Origin: Candidatus Hydrogenedentota bacterium
GTDB lineage: Bacteria > Hydrogenedentota > Hydrogenedentia > Hydrogenedentales > SLHB01
Direction of reading: 5' to 3'
DNA: 20,397 nt
Assembly: GCA_034408725.1 (NCBI GenBank)
Contig: JAWXCN010000274.1
Location: 1-20,397 of the forward strand
This document shows, in pieces, positions 1 through 10,052 of the stretch. The notes under the pieces are model-generated. The model had not been told where the DNA came from and made no database searches. It saw only the letters and a list, made by a program, of their open reading frames with translations. Within the stretch, counting starts at the first letter, position 1. Each line of letters opens with the position of its first letter. Both the position numbers and the translations under genes were made by a program.

Positions 1-2687
1 AATGGAACATGCTGTGTGTTCGTGAAGCCAATGGGAACGACTACGCAGGCTCTCGCCATGTCATTGTTAATTCGCAACGGCGCGGTGATCACCGCGCCGC
101 CAATCTGAACTTCGACAATGTCGCCGTCTTGCAGGCGGGAGTCTTGCGCGTCATCGGGATGCATCATTACATAAAGAGCAGGCGTCAACTCCGCGATTGC
201 CGGCGAAATGCTGCTCAATTCTTCCGAGCCGAAAATGTGATACCGGGGAATGGCGACGAGCTGTCCTGCCTTGGATGGCTGATTTGATGTTGCGGAAAAA
301 TAGGGAGTCGTTGAGCCGCTCATGGGTTCGATCAGGCGTATGCCCGGATCGCCGCCCTCGAGCGGTCCGTTGACCTCCTCCTGAAACCGCGTGATTGCCT
401 GCGCGGAATTCCATCCCGGAACCCAGAACGACGACATCACTGCAGCGGGCGTCAGCATCTGAAAGCCTTCCATTGAGAACGAGAATGCTGAATCAGGATC
501 GCTCGCGATGGCGGTTTCACTCACCGCGACGTTTGCCTTCATCGCGGTGCGCCCGCTGAACCGGTGCGTTTGCCGCGGAATCTTCTGTCCACCCACGCGA
601 AACGCGGCAGACGGCGCGGCTTCCAGAATTCTGCTGAAGGCTGGAATTTCGTCAACCAGCGCGTGAATGAACGAATCAAAGTACAGCAGGTCCGTGCTTT
701 GGCCAACGCCGGTGGCGGTGCGCACGCGGCGCAGCCAGCGCCAGCTCTCGGTGATTTCCCCTTCCGGTTTATACACCTGCATCATGCGTTGCGCGCGGCC
801 GATATTATTCACAATAGTGCCGTCGCCTTCGGCGAAAGATGCCGCGGGCAGGACAAACGAGGCTTTCTGTGCGGTCGGGTGGTAGAGGTGATCGACTACG
901 ACAACGTCCTTGGCGGTCGACAGCATTTCGTCCACGAGCGCTGCATCCGCGCGGCGATACAGGTCGTTTTCCAGAATGATGAGCGTATCCGCATCACCGT
1001 TGCGAATGGCTTCTGCCGCGCCTTCAATATGGCCGCCGCTCATTAAGCCAAGACCGGTGGTATTGCATTCGTGCGCCGTGTAATAGAGGCTCGCCGGTTT
1101 TTCAGTGCGGCATAACGCCCATGCGACATTTGCGGCGGCGCGGACAACGGATTCACTTCCGCACGATGGACCTGAAATTACAAGCGGCTTTTCAGCAGCA
1201 CGAAGGGCGTCCGCGACCCGTTTTGCGAACGCGGCTGTATCCGCGCTGATACCGTCCGCGGCGGGACACGCAGGATCAATTGCGTGCGCAACGGCGAACC
1301 CCAACTCCGCCAACTGGCTGGGTGTGCCAAAGAAAGTCTGTGTTGCGGCGTCGTCGAGTTTTCCGCCAAATGGCGCCGCGATAAACAAGGGCCCCTTGTT
1401 CACGTCGATCACGCGGCGCACCGCAAGATCATTCCAGTCCGGTATGCCCATTTTGCGGGATTCCGCGCGAGGCTGATTGAGAATCGTTTGGCGCACCGAC
1501 AACGCGGCGAGCGGGGCGACGTTGGTGAGGTCCTCTCCCAACACAAAAACGGCGTCGTGGTCTTTCAATGCGCCGAGCCCGGGTTGCCGCGCAGGTCCGC
1601 CAATAACAATTTCAAGGATGGTCGAAAGCAGGCTGTACTCTATTTTCGACAGACCCAGGTAGAAATTCTCCGCGCCCACCAGCACGCGCAGCGCGAAATT
1701 GGCTTCCAACGAAGCGCGGGGCGATCCAATGCCGATGGTTTTCGCGCCATTCTTCAATAGCGCGCCGATTTCGTTCATCGCCTCATCGCGGGTGACCGGC
1801 ACATGAAACGCCTCGCCGGTGCCGTCTCTTTGCAGGCGTAGCGGTGCTTTCGGGCGTTTGCCGCTATTTACAAACTCGTAGCCGTAGCGTCCCCGGTCGC
1901 AGAGGAAATAGCCGTTGACAGCCCGGTTATACCGATTGCGGATGCGGCGTAGTTTTCCGTAGCGTTCGCCCGGCGTGATGTTGCAGCCCAGCGCGCAATG
2001 CACGCACACGGAAGGGGCGGTAGTGTAATCCCAGCGCCGTGTGAAATGTCGCTTTAGCGTCTTGTCAGTAAAGACCCCCGTCGGACACACTTCGACGAGA
2101 TTGCCGCTGAATTCACTTTCCAGAGTGCCATCCTGGCTGCGGCCAAAATATACGTGATGGTGCGCGGCGAACGCATCCAGGTCGCCGCCGCCGGCATAAT
2201 CCTTGTAATAGCGGACGCACCGGTAGCATTGAATGCACCGGTTCATCTCGTGGTTGATTAGCGGACCAAGATTTTGATTGTTATATGTTTTCTTGTCGAA
2301 CCGGAAATTACGGTAGTTATGACCGGTCATGAGCGTCATGTCCTGAAGATGGCATTCGCCGCCCTCATCGCAAACCGGGCAATCGTGCGGATGGTTCGTC
2401 ATCATCCATTCGATTACGCTAGCCCGAAAATCTTTTGAATCGCCATCGTCGACCGTTATGCGAATGCCGTCCGTTGCGGGCGTCATGCACGACATGACGA
2501 TGCGGCCCTGGGAGTCGCTCTCGTCCTTGTATTGTTTCACCGCGCATTGACGGCACGCGCCGACGGAACCCAGCGCGGGATGCCAACAGAAGTACGGCAC
2601 GTTCAGTCCCAGCTCGATGCACGCTTCGAGCAGATTCTGTCCGCCATCTATGGCATGTGGTTTACCGTCTATGTAAATCGTCGGCAC
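1..2687 (-). CDS. nuoG: NADH-quinone oxidoreductase subunit G (3'-truncated by window edge)
   Basis: Manual translation from GTG at 2687, 4 nt after the nuoF stop, gives MPTIYIDGKPHAIDGGQNLLEACIELGLNVPYFCWHPALGSVGACRQCAV...HPHDCPVCDEGGECHLQD...RCIQCYRCVRY...EVCPTG...CVHCALGCN...LCDRGRYG (Fe-S motifs N1b, N5, N4, N7). The same frame at the left edge reads ...MARACVVVPIGFTNTQHVP. Its absence from the ORF track is consistent with no stop codon inside the window (about 895 codons). Confidence 0.96.
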   Translation of the reverse strand, partial: MPTIYIDGKPHAIDGGQNLLEACIELGLNVPYFCWHPALGSVGACRQCAVKQYKDESDSQGRIVMSCMTPATDGIRITVDDGDSKDFRASVIEWMMTNHPHDCPVCDEGGECHLQDMTLMTGHNYRNFRFDKKTYNNQNLGPLINHEMNRCIQCYRCVRYYKDYAGGGDLDAFAAHHHVYFGRSQDGTLESEFSGNLVEVCPTGVFTDKTLKRHFTRRWDYTTAPSVCVHCALGCNITPGERYGKLRRIRNRYNRAVNGYFLCDRGRYGYEFVNSGKRPKAPLRLQRDGTGEAFHVPVTRDEAMNEIGALLKNGAKTIGIGSPRASLEANFALRVLVGAENFYLGLSKIEYSLLSTILEIVIGGPARQPGLGALKDHDAVFVLGEDLTNVAPLAALSVRQTILNQPRAESRKMGIPDWNDLAVRRVIDVNKGPLFIAAPFGGKLDDAATQTFFGTPSQLAELGFAVAHAIDPACPAADGISADTAAFAKRVADALRAAEKPLVISGPSCGSESVVRAAANVAWALCRTEKPASLYYTAHECNTTGLGLMSGGHIEGAAEAIRNGDADTLIILENDLYRRADAALVDEMLSTAKDVVVVDHLYHPTAQKASFVLPAASFAEGDGTIVNNIGRAQRMMQVYKPEGEITESWRWLRRVRTATGVGQSTDLLYFDSFIHALVDEIPAFSRILEAAPSAAFRVGGQKIPRQTHRFSGRTAMKANVAVSETAIASDPDSAFSFSMEGFQMLTPAAVMSSFWVPGWNSAQAITRFQEEVNGPLEGGDPGIRLIEPMSGSTTPYFSATSNQPSKAGQLVAIPRYHIFGSEELSSISPAIAELTPALYVMMHPDDAQDSRLQDGDIVEVQIGGAVITAPLRINNDMARACVVVPIGFTNTQHVP

Positions 2688-2691
2688 AGGT

Positions 2692-3966
2692 TTATCTCCA
2701 GGGGCACCGTTTAGCGCGGATATGCTGATCGAAATCATCTTTGAAGCGCGTCAATGCGCTTCCCAGGGGCGCCATCGCGCCCGGCGCAAGCGCGCAAAAC
2801 GTCATCCCGGGTCCCAACAGTTTTGTGTGCCGGTGCAGCATCTTCATGTCGTCTTCGCGGCCCCGGCCAGTCTCGATGGCCCACAGCACATTTTGCAGCC
2901 ACGGCAACCCATCGCGGCATGGCGTACACCAGCCGCAGGACTCGTGCGCGAAAAACTGGGTGAGGTTGTGAACCATCCCGACCGGACAGGTTTTATCATC
3001 CAGGACAATCATCGTGCCCGTGCCCATGCGACTACCCGCCTTGCCGACTGTGTCGAAATCCATTTGGAGATCGAGGTGCTCAGGTCCCAGAAAGTCGGTT
3101 GAAGCCCCACCGGGGATAATTCCGCGCAGACTGAGGCCATCCCGCATGCCGCCGGCGAGGTCCATAATTTCTCCAACGGTCGTGCCGAGGGGTAGCTCCC
3201 ATAGGCCGGGGCGCTTCACTTTTCCGCTCACACCGAACAGTTTCGTGCCGCCATTGGGTGTCCTGCTTAATCCCTTGAACCACTCGACGCCGCGGTTGAC
3301 GATGTGGGGCAGCGTAGACAAGGTCTCGACGTTGTTCACAATGGTGGGCTTGCCCCATAAGCCGCTCGCTTGCGGAAACGGGGGTTTTGCGCGGGGCGTG
3401 GCGCGTTTACCTTCCAGCGCGTTGAGCAGCGCGGTTTCTTCGCCGCAGATATACCGGCCAATGCTCATATGCAGGTGCAACTCGAGGCAGTAACCGCTAC
3501 CGATTATGTCTTTACCGAGGAATCCCGCTTCGTACGCTTCGTGAATTGCCTTCTCAATGCGTTCTTGCGCCACTATGTACTCGCCACGCAGAAAGATGTA
3601 CGCGATGTCGGCCTGAATTGCGAACGAGGCGAGAATGATCCCTTCAATCAACTGGTGCGGATCGCCTTCGAGCAAGACGCGATCTTTGAATGTGCCGGGC
3701 TCCATCTCATCCGCGTTCACAACAAGGTATTTCGGACGCGGTGCGTCAGCCCCCTGTGGAACAATTGACCATTTAATCCCGGTGGGAAACCCTGCGCCAC
3801 CGCGGCCGCGCAGCGTCCCATCCTTTACAAGCTGCGTGACGTCCGCGGGCTGCATGGACGATAAGCATTTTCGCACCGACGCATAGCCGCCCGCGCGCTC
3901 GTAGTCTTTGAGCGATGCGGGCGCCTCGTTTGGCCGGATTCGTTCTGTAAGCGGTTTTTCGCTCAT
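2692..3966 (-). CDS. nuoF: NADH-quinone oxidoreductase subunit F
   Basis: Motifs LRGRGGAGFPTGIKW, NADEMEPGTFKDR, YICGEETALLNALEG and ESCGWCTPCRDG...TFCAL. Start is ATG 3966 (just after the nuoE stop) or 3975. Confidence 0.97.
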   Translation of the reverse strand: MSEKPLTERIRPNEAPASLKDYERAGGYASVRKCLSSMQPADVTQLVKDGTLRGRGGAGFPTGIKWSIVPQGADAPRPKYLVVNADEMEPGTFKDRVLLEGDPHQLIEGIILASFAIQADIAYIFLRGEYIVAQERIEKAIHEAYEAGFLGKDIIGSGYCLELHLHMSIGRYICGEETALLNALEGKRATPRAKPPFPQASGLWGKPTIVNNVETLSTLPHIVNRGVEWFKGLSRTPNGGTKLFGVSGKVKRPGLWELPLGTTVGEIMDLAGGMRDGLSLRGIIPGGASTDFLGPEHLDLQMDFDTVGKAGSRMGTGTMIVLDDKTCPVGMVHNLTQFFAHESCGWCTPCRDGLPWLQNVLWAIETGRGREDDMKMLHRHTKLLGPGMTFCALAPGAMAPLGSALTRFKDDFDQHIRAKRCPWR

Positions 3967-3967
3967 G

Positions 3968-4432
3968 TTACGCATATCGATCCAGAATCTCGTCCAGGCG
4001 TGTTGGATCGATGTCCTGATACAAGTCCGCGCCGATCATCATCGCGGGCGCGCGATCACAGGTCCCGAGGCACTGGTTCGGGAGCACGGTAAATCGGCCA
4101 TCAGCGGTAGTCTGGCCGAGCAGTACGTCCAACTTCGCGAGCAATGCTTCGCGCAAGGCGTCGTATCCCAGCACCCAGCAACTCACGCTAGAACACACGC
4201 GAATCACATGACGGCCGACAGGCCGGCGATGAATGAGATTGAAAAACGTTGCGACGCCGTCCAGTTCGTGCGTGGTCATTCCGAGAAATTCCGCGATGTC
4301 TTTAAGACTTTCATCGTCGATCCAGCCGCGGTCCCGTTGAACAATGCGCAACGCCTCGGTACACGCTGATTCGCGATGTTCGGGTTCGTGAATGTGGGAC
4401 TCGATTTCAGATTTCAGAATATCGCTCAGCAT
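3968..4432 (-). CDS. nuoE: NADH-quinone oxidoreductase subunit E
   Basis: VATFF motif and 2Fe-2S ligands VCSSVSC...CLGTCD; lies between nuoCD and nuoF. Confidence 0.96.
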   Translation of the reverse strand: MLSDILKSEIESHIHEPEHRESACTEALRIVQRDRGWIDDESLKDIAEFLGMTTHELDGVATFFNLIHRRPVGRHVIRVCSSVSCWVLGYDALREALLAKLDVLLGQTTADGRFTVLPNQCLGTCDRAPAMMIGADLYQDIDPTRLDEILDRYA

Positions 4433-4437
4433 TCGTA

Positions 4438-6192
4438 CTACCGGTCTACGTCCGCGAGGACGTAGTCCATGCTTCCAAGAATTGCCAGAAGGTCTGAAAC
4501 GGTGATGCCCTTACTTAGCAGGGGCAACATTTGCATGTGCGGAAAGGAGGGCGTGCGAATGCGCGTGCGATAGGACATCGTGTTTCCATCACTAATGAGC
4601 GAGTATCCATACGCTCCCTTGCTGCCTTCAATGGTAAAAAACGCTTCACCCGCCGGAACGATCGGTCCCCAGCTCACGTTGAGGAAATGATTGATGAGCG
4701 TTTCGATGTCGTGCATGGTTCGATCTTTGCGCGGCGGAGTTGTCAGCGGGTGGTCCGATTTATAGGGACCCTCGGGCATGTTATCGACGCATTGTTGGAT
4801 GATGTGCAGGCTCTGGCGCATTTCTTCAATGCGCACTTGTGCCCGCGCATAACAATCGCCGGCTTGGGCGATAGGGACATCGAACTCGAAGTTCTCGAAA
4901 CCGGAGTAGGGCCGCTTCTTACGGAAGTCGTAATCGAACCCGCACGCGCGCAACCCCGGCCCCGTAACGCCCCATTCGATGGCTTCTTTCAACGAATATG
5001 CGCCGATTCCCATTGTGCGTTTTTTGAAGATGCGGTTCTTCATCAGCGCGTTGTCGTAATCGCGCAGCCGGGCGGGGAAATACGCGATGAAATCGCGCAT
5101 GAGCTTTTCCCATCCCGCTGGCAGATCATGGGCAACACCGCCGATACGAAACCAGCTTGGGTGCATGCGCCCGCCGGTGATAGGTTCGACAATGTCGAAT
5201 ATGCGCTCGCGATCGTTGAACATGAAGAACGTGGGGGACATTGCGCCGAGGTCCTGCGCGAACGTGCCGTACCATACGAGGTGGCTCGCGATTCGGAACA
5301 ACTCGGACATCATCACCCGGATGACCTGGGCCCGCGGCGGCACTTCGATACCCGCCAAGGTCTCGAGTGAAAGAAGGTACGCAAGGTTATTCATCACTCC
5401 GCTGAGGTAATCGATGCGGTCTGTATACGGAATGAACGTGTGCCAGGTCTGGCGTTCCCCCATCTTCTCCGCGCCGCGGTGGTGATACCCAATGTCCGGA
5501 ATGGCATTGACAATTTCCTCGCCGTCCAACTGCAGAATGATGCGCAACAACCCATGCGTGCCGGGGTGGTGCGGTCCCAGATTCAGGAACATGTAGTCGA
5601 ATTCGTCCGTGCCGCGTTCGAGACCCCATTCCTCCGGGCGAAACTGCATCGCCTCCTGTTCGCGCTGGAGTTTTTCGTCCGGGAGTTGAAAGGGTTCAAT
5701 TTCCGTTGCGCGCGCCGGGTGGTCCTTGCGCAACGGATGACCTATCCAGGTGTTTGGCATTAGAATCCGCCGCAGATTCGGATGGCCGGAAAAGCGGATT
5801 CCGAACATGTCCCACGCTTCGCGCTCATACCAGTTGGCGGATTGCCAAACATTGGTTACGGATGCGATGACCGGTTTTTCGCCATTGATGGCCGCTTTGA
5901 TGCGGATGTCCTCGTTCCGTTCAAACGAAAGGAGGTGATACACCATCGTGTAATCTTCAACGAACGGGTGGCTGGCGCGGTCGGCGCGCACCCGCTCATC
6001 AATTCCGAATATGTCGTATAGCATCGAGAACGGATTCGGAATATCGTTTTTAAGAAATGACAACACTTCACGAATCGAAGCCTGCGCGACCCAGACCGTG
6101 AGGACGCCGTCCCGCGTGGTTTGTTCGCCGCGAATGGCTTCCCCGAACCGCGCGCGCAAATCGTCGAATACCGCTGTCGTTGTGCTGATCAT
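4438..6192 (-). CDS. nuoC: NADH-quinone oxidoreductase fused subunit C/D
   Basis: 584 aa. NuoC part [26 protein letters not shown]...GHPLRKD is fused to NuoD part [30 protein letters not shown] and C-terminal DYVLADVDR. Confidence 0.96.
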   Translation of the reverse strand: MISTTTAVFDDLRARFGEAIRGEQTTRDGVLTVWVAQASIREVLSFLKNDIPNPFSMLYDIFGIDERVRADRASHPFVEDYTMVYHLLSFERNEDIRIKAAINGEKPVIASVTNVWQSANWYEREAWDMFGIRFSGHPNLRRILMPNTWIGHPLRKDHPARATEIEPFQLPDEKLQREQEAMQFRPEEWGLERGTDEFDYMFLNLGPHHPGTHGLLRIILQLDGEEIVNAIPDIGYHHRGAEKMGERQTWHTFIPYTDRIDYLSGVMNNLAYLLSLETLAGIEVPPRAQVIRVMMSELFRIASHLVWYGTFAQDLGAMSPTFFMFNDRERIFDIVEPITGGRMHPSWFRIGGVAHDLPAGWEKLMRDFIAYFPARLRDYDNALMKNRIFKKRTMGIGAYSLKEAIEWGVTGPGLRACGFDYDFRKKRPYSGFENFEFDVPIAQAGDCYARAQVRIEEMRQSLHIIQQCVDNMPEGPYKSDHPLTTPPRKDRTMHDIETLINHFLNVSWGPIVPAGEAFFTIEGSKGAYGYSLISDGNTMSYRTRIRTPSFPHMQMLPLLSKGITVSDLLAILGSMDYVLADVDR

Positions 6193-6215
6193 CGAGTCTG
6201 TTAATGGTGAGTTGG

Positions 6216-6848
6216 TTAAACCGTATCGGTGGGGCGTAATGTTTCCGATTTCATGCGCTCCGCGTTTTTCACATCACGCAAGCTCGGCCGTTCGGGATGA
6301 ACGACCCCCTGAGGTCCCACGACCCAGCTCAACGGCCGGCGTTCCTTGCCGATGGTGTCCTGCAAAAGTCCGAGCGCCTCCATGAATGCTTCCGGACGTG
6401 GCGGGCATCCCGGCACATATACGTCCACAGGGAGGAACTTATCGACGCCCTGAACCACGCTGTAGATGTCGTACATCCCCCCGGAATTCGCGCACGACCC
6501 CATCGAGATTACCCAGCGGGGTTCCATCATCTGGTCGTACAATTGCCGGACGACTGGCGCCACCTTGATAAACACCGTGCCGGCGACGACCATGACATCC
6601 GCTTCGCGGGGCGTTGCGCGAATCACTTCGGACCCGAAACGGGCGAGGTCGTATTTGCTGGTCAGGCTGGTGGCCATTTCAACAAAGCAGCATGACAATC
6701 CAAAATTGAATGGCCAAACGGAGTTCTTTCGACCCCATCCAATCAGGTCTTGCAAGCGTGTCAGGACAAGACTTTCCTGCACCGTTTCCGTCAGCGAGCG
6801 CGACGTATCGTCCGTCCGGCTTGATGGTTTTGTTAGTGACCACTTCAT
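6216..6848 (-). CDS. nuoB: NADH-quinone oxidoreductase subunit B
   Basis: [22 protein letters not shown] and [14 protein letters not shown] (N2 cluster motifs). Confidence 0.97.
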   Translation of the reverse strand: MKWSLTKPSSRTDDTSRSLTETVQESLVLTRLQDLIGWGRKNSVWPFNFGLSCCFVEMATSLTSKYDLARFGSEVIRATPREADVMVVAGTVFIKVAPVVRQLYDQMMEPRWVISMGSCANSGGMYDIYSVVQGVDKFLPVDVYVPGCPPRPEAFMEALGLLQDTIGKERRPLSWVVGPQGVVHPERPSLRDVKNAERMKSETLRPTDTV

Positions 6849-6851
6849 TTT

Positions 6852-7226
6852 TTAACGCTTTGAATCCAACGCGCCTAAACGCCACAAATACCACAGGGCG
6901 GCGAGGATTGCGCCCACAAAAATACAAATCTGGCTATAACCAAGCCAGCCAAGGTCCTCGACTGCAATCGCCCACGAGTAGATAAAAATCGATTCAAGAT
7001 CGAAGATCACGAAAAACATTGCGAAAAGGTAAAAGTCCGCCGAAAGCCGCATCCGGGCCGAGCCGGTCGAGGCAATCCCGGATTCATAGGGTTGCGCATT
7101 TCGCCGGTCGCGATTTTTGGACCCCAAAAAGTATGACCCGGCGATCATGCCAATAACGATTGCCAGGACCCCCGCGAAATAGACCCCCATTGGCCAATAC
7201 AATGTCTGCGGCGCGCCGCTATCCAT
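6852..7226 (-). CDS. nuoA: NADH-quinone oxidoreductase subunit A
   Basis: Three hydrophobic segments; PYESGI and FYLFAMFFVIFDLESIF motifs; first gene of the nuo run. Confidence 0.95.
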   Translation of the reverse strand: MDSGAPQTLYWPMGVYFAGVLAIVIGMIAGSYFLGSKNRDRRNAQPYESGIASTGSARMRLSADFYLFAMFFVIFDLESIFIYSWAIAVEDLGWLGYSQICIFVGAILAALWYLWRLGALDSKR

Positions 7227-7306
7227 TTCCTGTCTCGTGCTTCAATCTAAGGCCCCCCGATGGCGTATATTGACGAATATGGCCTATTTTCAGGGCATGC
7301 GGCCAG

Positions 7307-7336
7307 AGTTTATCAGCGTTGAACATGGGAAATCAA
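7307..7336 (-). promoter_or_regulatory. Putative sigma70-type promoter of the nuo operon
   Basis: Minus strand reads TTGATT-N18-TAAACT with an extended -10 (TGA TAAACT), about 80 nt upstream of the nuoA ATG. Confidence 0.45.
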
Positions 7337-7339
7337 TAT

Positions 7340-7357
7340 TTGTGAAACGAATCACGA
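7340..7357. promoter_or_regulatory. Palindromic operator (Rex-box / CRP-box like)
   Basis: TTGTGAA-ACGA-ATCACGA matches 12/14 of the Rex consensus TTGTGAA-N4-TTCACAA and 9/10 of the CRP consensus TGTGA-N6-TCACA. It lies 3 nt upstream of the putative nuo -35. Confidence 0.55.
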
Positions 7358-7462
7358 TTGCACAAAGGGCCGGGCGGCACACATTATGTTGTATGCATCG
7401 AATTTAGCGATTGTCACCTCCGTTCGTCTTTTTGCACGCCCCGGTGATACCATCCTGGCAGC

Positions 7463-8329
7463 ATGACGCCAGCCGAAACTACATATCGCACCCAGCGCGG
7501 ACTCGTGTACGCGGACCTCGGCCCCACGAAGTTGCGGATGACGCTTTACATTCCGGAGGACGGCGACGCGTTGCGTCCGGGCATGGTGCTGATCCACGGC
7601 GGCGCATGGATTTTGGGTACGCGCTATCAACAGGCGTGGTACTGCCGGGCATTTGCGCGGGCGGGGTACGTCGTAATGACGATTGACTACCGGCTTATGC
7701 CGCGGAATGCGTTTCCGTGTTGTCTACACGATTGCAAAGCGGCTGTGCGTTGGTTGCGGCAGAATGCGGATCGATACCGGATCGATCCAGATCGTATCGC
7801 CACTTTTGGCGCGTCGGCAGGCGGTCATCTGGCCGCCCTCCTCGCGACGACGATGCCGGAGGACGGATTGGAAGGTGATGTCAATCCGGGGGTGTCGTCG
7901 GAGGTATGCGCGGCGATCAGTTTGTATGGCGCAGTGGACCTGCAACAATATTACGATACACCCCTGATCGGTCCGCTTGGCCGCATTACGTCAAACTTTT
8001 TTGATAAATTCATCGCGCCGCACGGGTCCAAAATATCCGGCGCATCGCCACTTCATTTCGCGCGTCCGGCGACCAAACCCATCATGTTGGTGCATGGGAC
8101 CTGGGATCATCTCGTGCATTACTCCCAGTCCGAACGCTTCCATCAACGGCTCGTTGAGCTGGGTGTTCCAACAAAGCTTATCGCCGTAGAGGGGCGAGAG
8201 CATGGATTCGATTATCTCCACACAAGCAAACGGCGGGAACTGTTCGGCGAAATGCGCAAATTTCTCGCGGAACAGAGGTGCGAGATAGCGGGGGAACTGC
8301 CGCTTTCCACAACGCCTGCGACGATTTAA
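7463..8329 (+). CDS. Alpha/beta hydrolase (HSL/BD-FAE-like esterase)
   Basis: HGGAW oxyanion motif, IDYRL, GASAGG nucleophile elbow, HGTWDHLV and HGF catalytic Asp/His; no signal peptide. Confidence 0.9.
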   Translation: MTPAETTYRTQRGLVYADLGPTKLRMTLYIPEDGDALRPGMVLIHGGAWILGTRYQQAWYCRAFARAGYVVMTIDYRLMPRNAFPCCLHDCKAAVRWLRQNADRYRIDPDRIATFGASAGGHLAALLATTMPEDGLEGDVNPGVSSEVCAAISLYGAVDLQQYYDTPLIGPLGRITSNFFDKFIAPHGSKISGASPLHFARPATKPIMLVHGTWDHLVHYSQSERFHQRLVELGVPTKLIAVEGREHGFDYLHTSKRRELFGEMRKFLAEQRCEIAGELPLSTTPATI

Positions 8330-8362
8330 TGTTGTTCATTGAATTTCATCGGGAGCCAAAAA

Positions 8363-8638
8363 CTACCCGTTGATATCAAAGGTATTGTAGGGCGTGTCAC
8401 TGGTCGACCATACCGCATCCACCTCCTGCACCTGCGCGAGTGGTGGCCCCTGCCCGCACCATTGAAGCATTTCCATCAGATCGGGGCGTGGTCCCTCAAA
8501 CTCCGCTTCAACACTACCGTCACGGCAATTGCGTACCCATCCGGTCAGCCCAAGAGCAACGGCCCGCGCTTGCGCGGAGTATCTGAACCCGACACCCTGG
8601 ACCCGGCCTCGCACGACGACGTGGACACGCTCCGGCAT
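8363..8638 (-). CDS. acyP: Acylphosphatase
   Basis: 91 aa with signature motifs VRGRVQGVGFR, GWVRN.DGSVE and GPPLAQV. Confidence 0.95.
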   Translation of the reverse strand: MPERVHVVVRGRVQGVGFRYSAQARAVALGLTGWVRNCRDGSVEAEFEGPRPDLMEMLQWCGQGPPLAQVQEVDAVWSTSDTPYNTFDING

Positions 8639-8645
8639 CCAGACG

Positions 8646-10025
8646 CTATCGGCGGCTCGCGCGGAGCCTGTCCCCGTAGTCGTTGTGCGCCATGACGACA
8701 GCCGTCTGCGCTGCCATAATCGCCACCGCGGGGTCCTGACCTTCCAGCGTGGGTAAAATCATCGGCAAAAGCGAATGGACGTCAAGGTCGGAAATGCGCG
8801 CCAATACGAGCATCTGAACAGACGCAGGGGCTTCCCGCAATAAGTCTTGAAAAACGCCGGCATTGGTGCGATCACCTGACCGAATCAGCGCGTGCGTCGC
8901 GTCTGCGCGCTGCTTCTGAATAGTTTCGGAAGGATCGCGCCGCTCGCTCAGCCACGTCCGGAGGAATTGCGCGCCTTTTACGTCCCCCTTCAGCGCCAGA
9001 ACGCGAGCCGCCTCGAATTGAAGCGATGGCACGGTCAGAAGGTCTTCGCGCAAAATCGTGCCGCCTTCTGCATCGCCGAGATTGTACATTACGCGCGCGA
9101 CTCGGAAACGGGAAGTGCCCAGGAAGTCTGGAAGCTTCATTTTTAATTGCGCGACCGTGTCTTCATCACCTAGCTTTTCGAGTGCGTAGACGGCGGCGTC
9201 GGCAATTTCGCTGTTGCGATGTCCAACCATGGATATCAAAGACGGTATAATGTCCTTCTCACCGAGATTGGCCAGCGCGACGGTGGCGGGCGCGGCGATA
9301 TTGGCGGCGCGATCCTGAAGCATCGCGCGCAAGTCATTGATGGAAGAACGATCACCGGTGAGACCAGCCAGCTTGGCGGCGCTGCCTTTGACCAATCGAT
9401 CCCCGCTGGCCAAACCTTTGGGAACGAGTTCCACAACCGGTATTTCCATGCCGGCATTGTTCATGTGCAGCGCGGCGCTCATTGCGGTGCGCATGTCGTT
9501 GCCGTTTACAAGGCTGGTGAGATAGTCCTGCGCCTGCTGTTTGGGAAGCACGAGCCCGCCCATTGCGTCATCCGAGGTCTCGCTGGCCGCGCCCGAAACG
9601 GCCAAAATCTCCGCCGCATACATGCGCAAGGTCTGGTTCGCGACGCTTGCATTGAAGAGCTCAGTTGCCTTCATTAGCGCTTTGGTGACAATTTCCACTT
9701 GGTCCGTTGTCATGACGCGGTCCGACAGGTCCATGTTTTTCACCGACACGGTATCGCCCTGGACGCGGACTTCCGCCACGTCTTCCACGCGATAACTTGT
9801 GGTTTGTCCGGTACGAGTTTGAACGGTGAGAATCCCGCCGTCGATCTTGACGATTTTTAGATTCGGGTCTTTTGCGCCGCCCTGTTTCAAAACGACGGTG
9901 ACCAGGGTATCGGTGCCCGCGATGGATTGCAGACCGGCTCCGCGTCCGCCCGAAACGGGAATTTGCGCATGCGCCGCAAGTCCACACAATGCAAGCATTA
10001 CAATTAAACTACGCAATAGATTCAT
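8646..10025 (-). CDS. Exported HEAT-repeat domain protein
   Basis: GGAGG RBS 5 nt before ATG 10025. Signal peptide MNLLRSLIVMLALCGLAAHA, a small beta-rich N-domain, then repeated Ala/Leu helical units (AAKLAGLTGD, ATVALANLGE, AAVYALEKLGD, AARVLALKGD). Confidence 0.75.
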   Translation of the reverse strand: MNLLRSLIVMLALCGLAAHAQIPVSGGRGAGLQSIAGTDTLVTVVLKQGGAKDPNLKIVKIDGGILTVQTRTGQTTSYRVEDVAEVRVQGDTVSVKNMDLSDRVMTTDQVEIVTKALMKATELFNASVANQTLRMYAAEILAVSGAASETSDDAMGGLVLPKQQAQDYLTSLVNGNDMRTAMSAALHMNNAGMEIPVVELVPKGLASGDRLVKGSAAKLAGLTGDRSSINDLRAMLQDRAANIAAPATVALANLGEKDIIPSLISMVGHRNSEIADAAVYALEKLGDEDTVAQLKMKLPDFLGTSRFRVARVMYNLGDAEGGTILREDLLTVPSLQFEAARVLALKGDVKGAQFLRTWLSERRDPSETIQKQRADATHALIRSGDRTNAGVFQDLLREAPASVQMLVLARISDLDVHSLLPMILPTLEGQDPAVAIMAAQTAVVMAHNDYGDRLRASRR

Positions 10026-10052
10026 TGAGTCCTCCAAACGGGATGCCACGCC

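Noticed and set aside
564..6855. Many long plus-strand ORFs opposite the nuo genes (e.g. 564-1046, 4531-5370)
   Set aside because: Antisense shadows of GC-rich coding sequence with no recognisable motifs.
7319..7336. TTGAA...ATCAA as an FNR box
   Set aside because: Spacer is 8 nt rather than 4.
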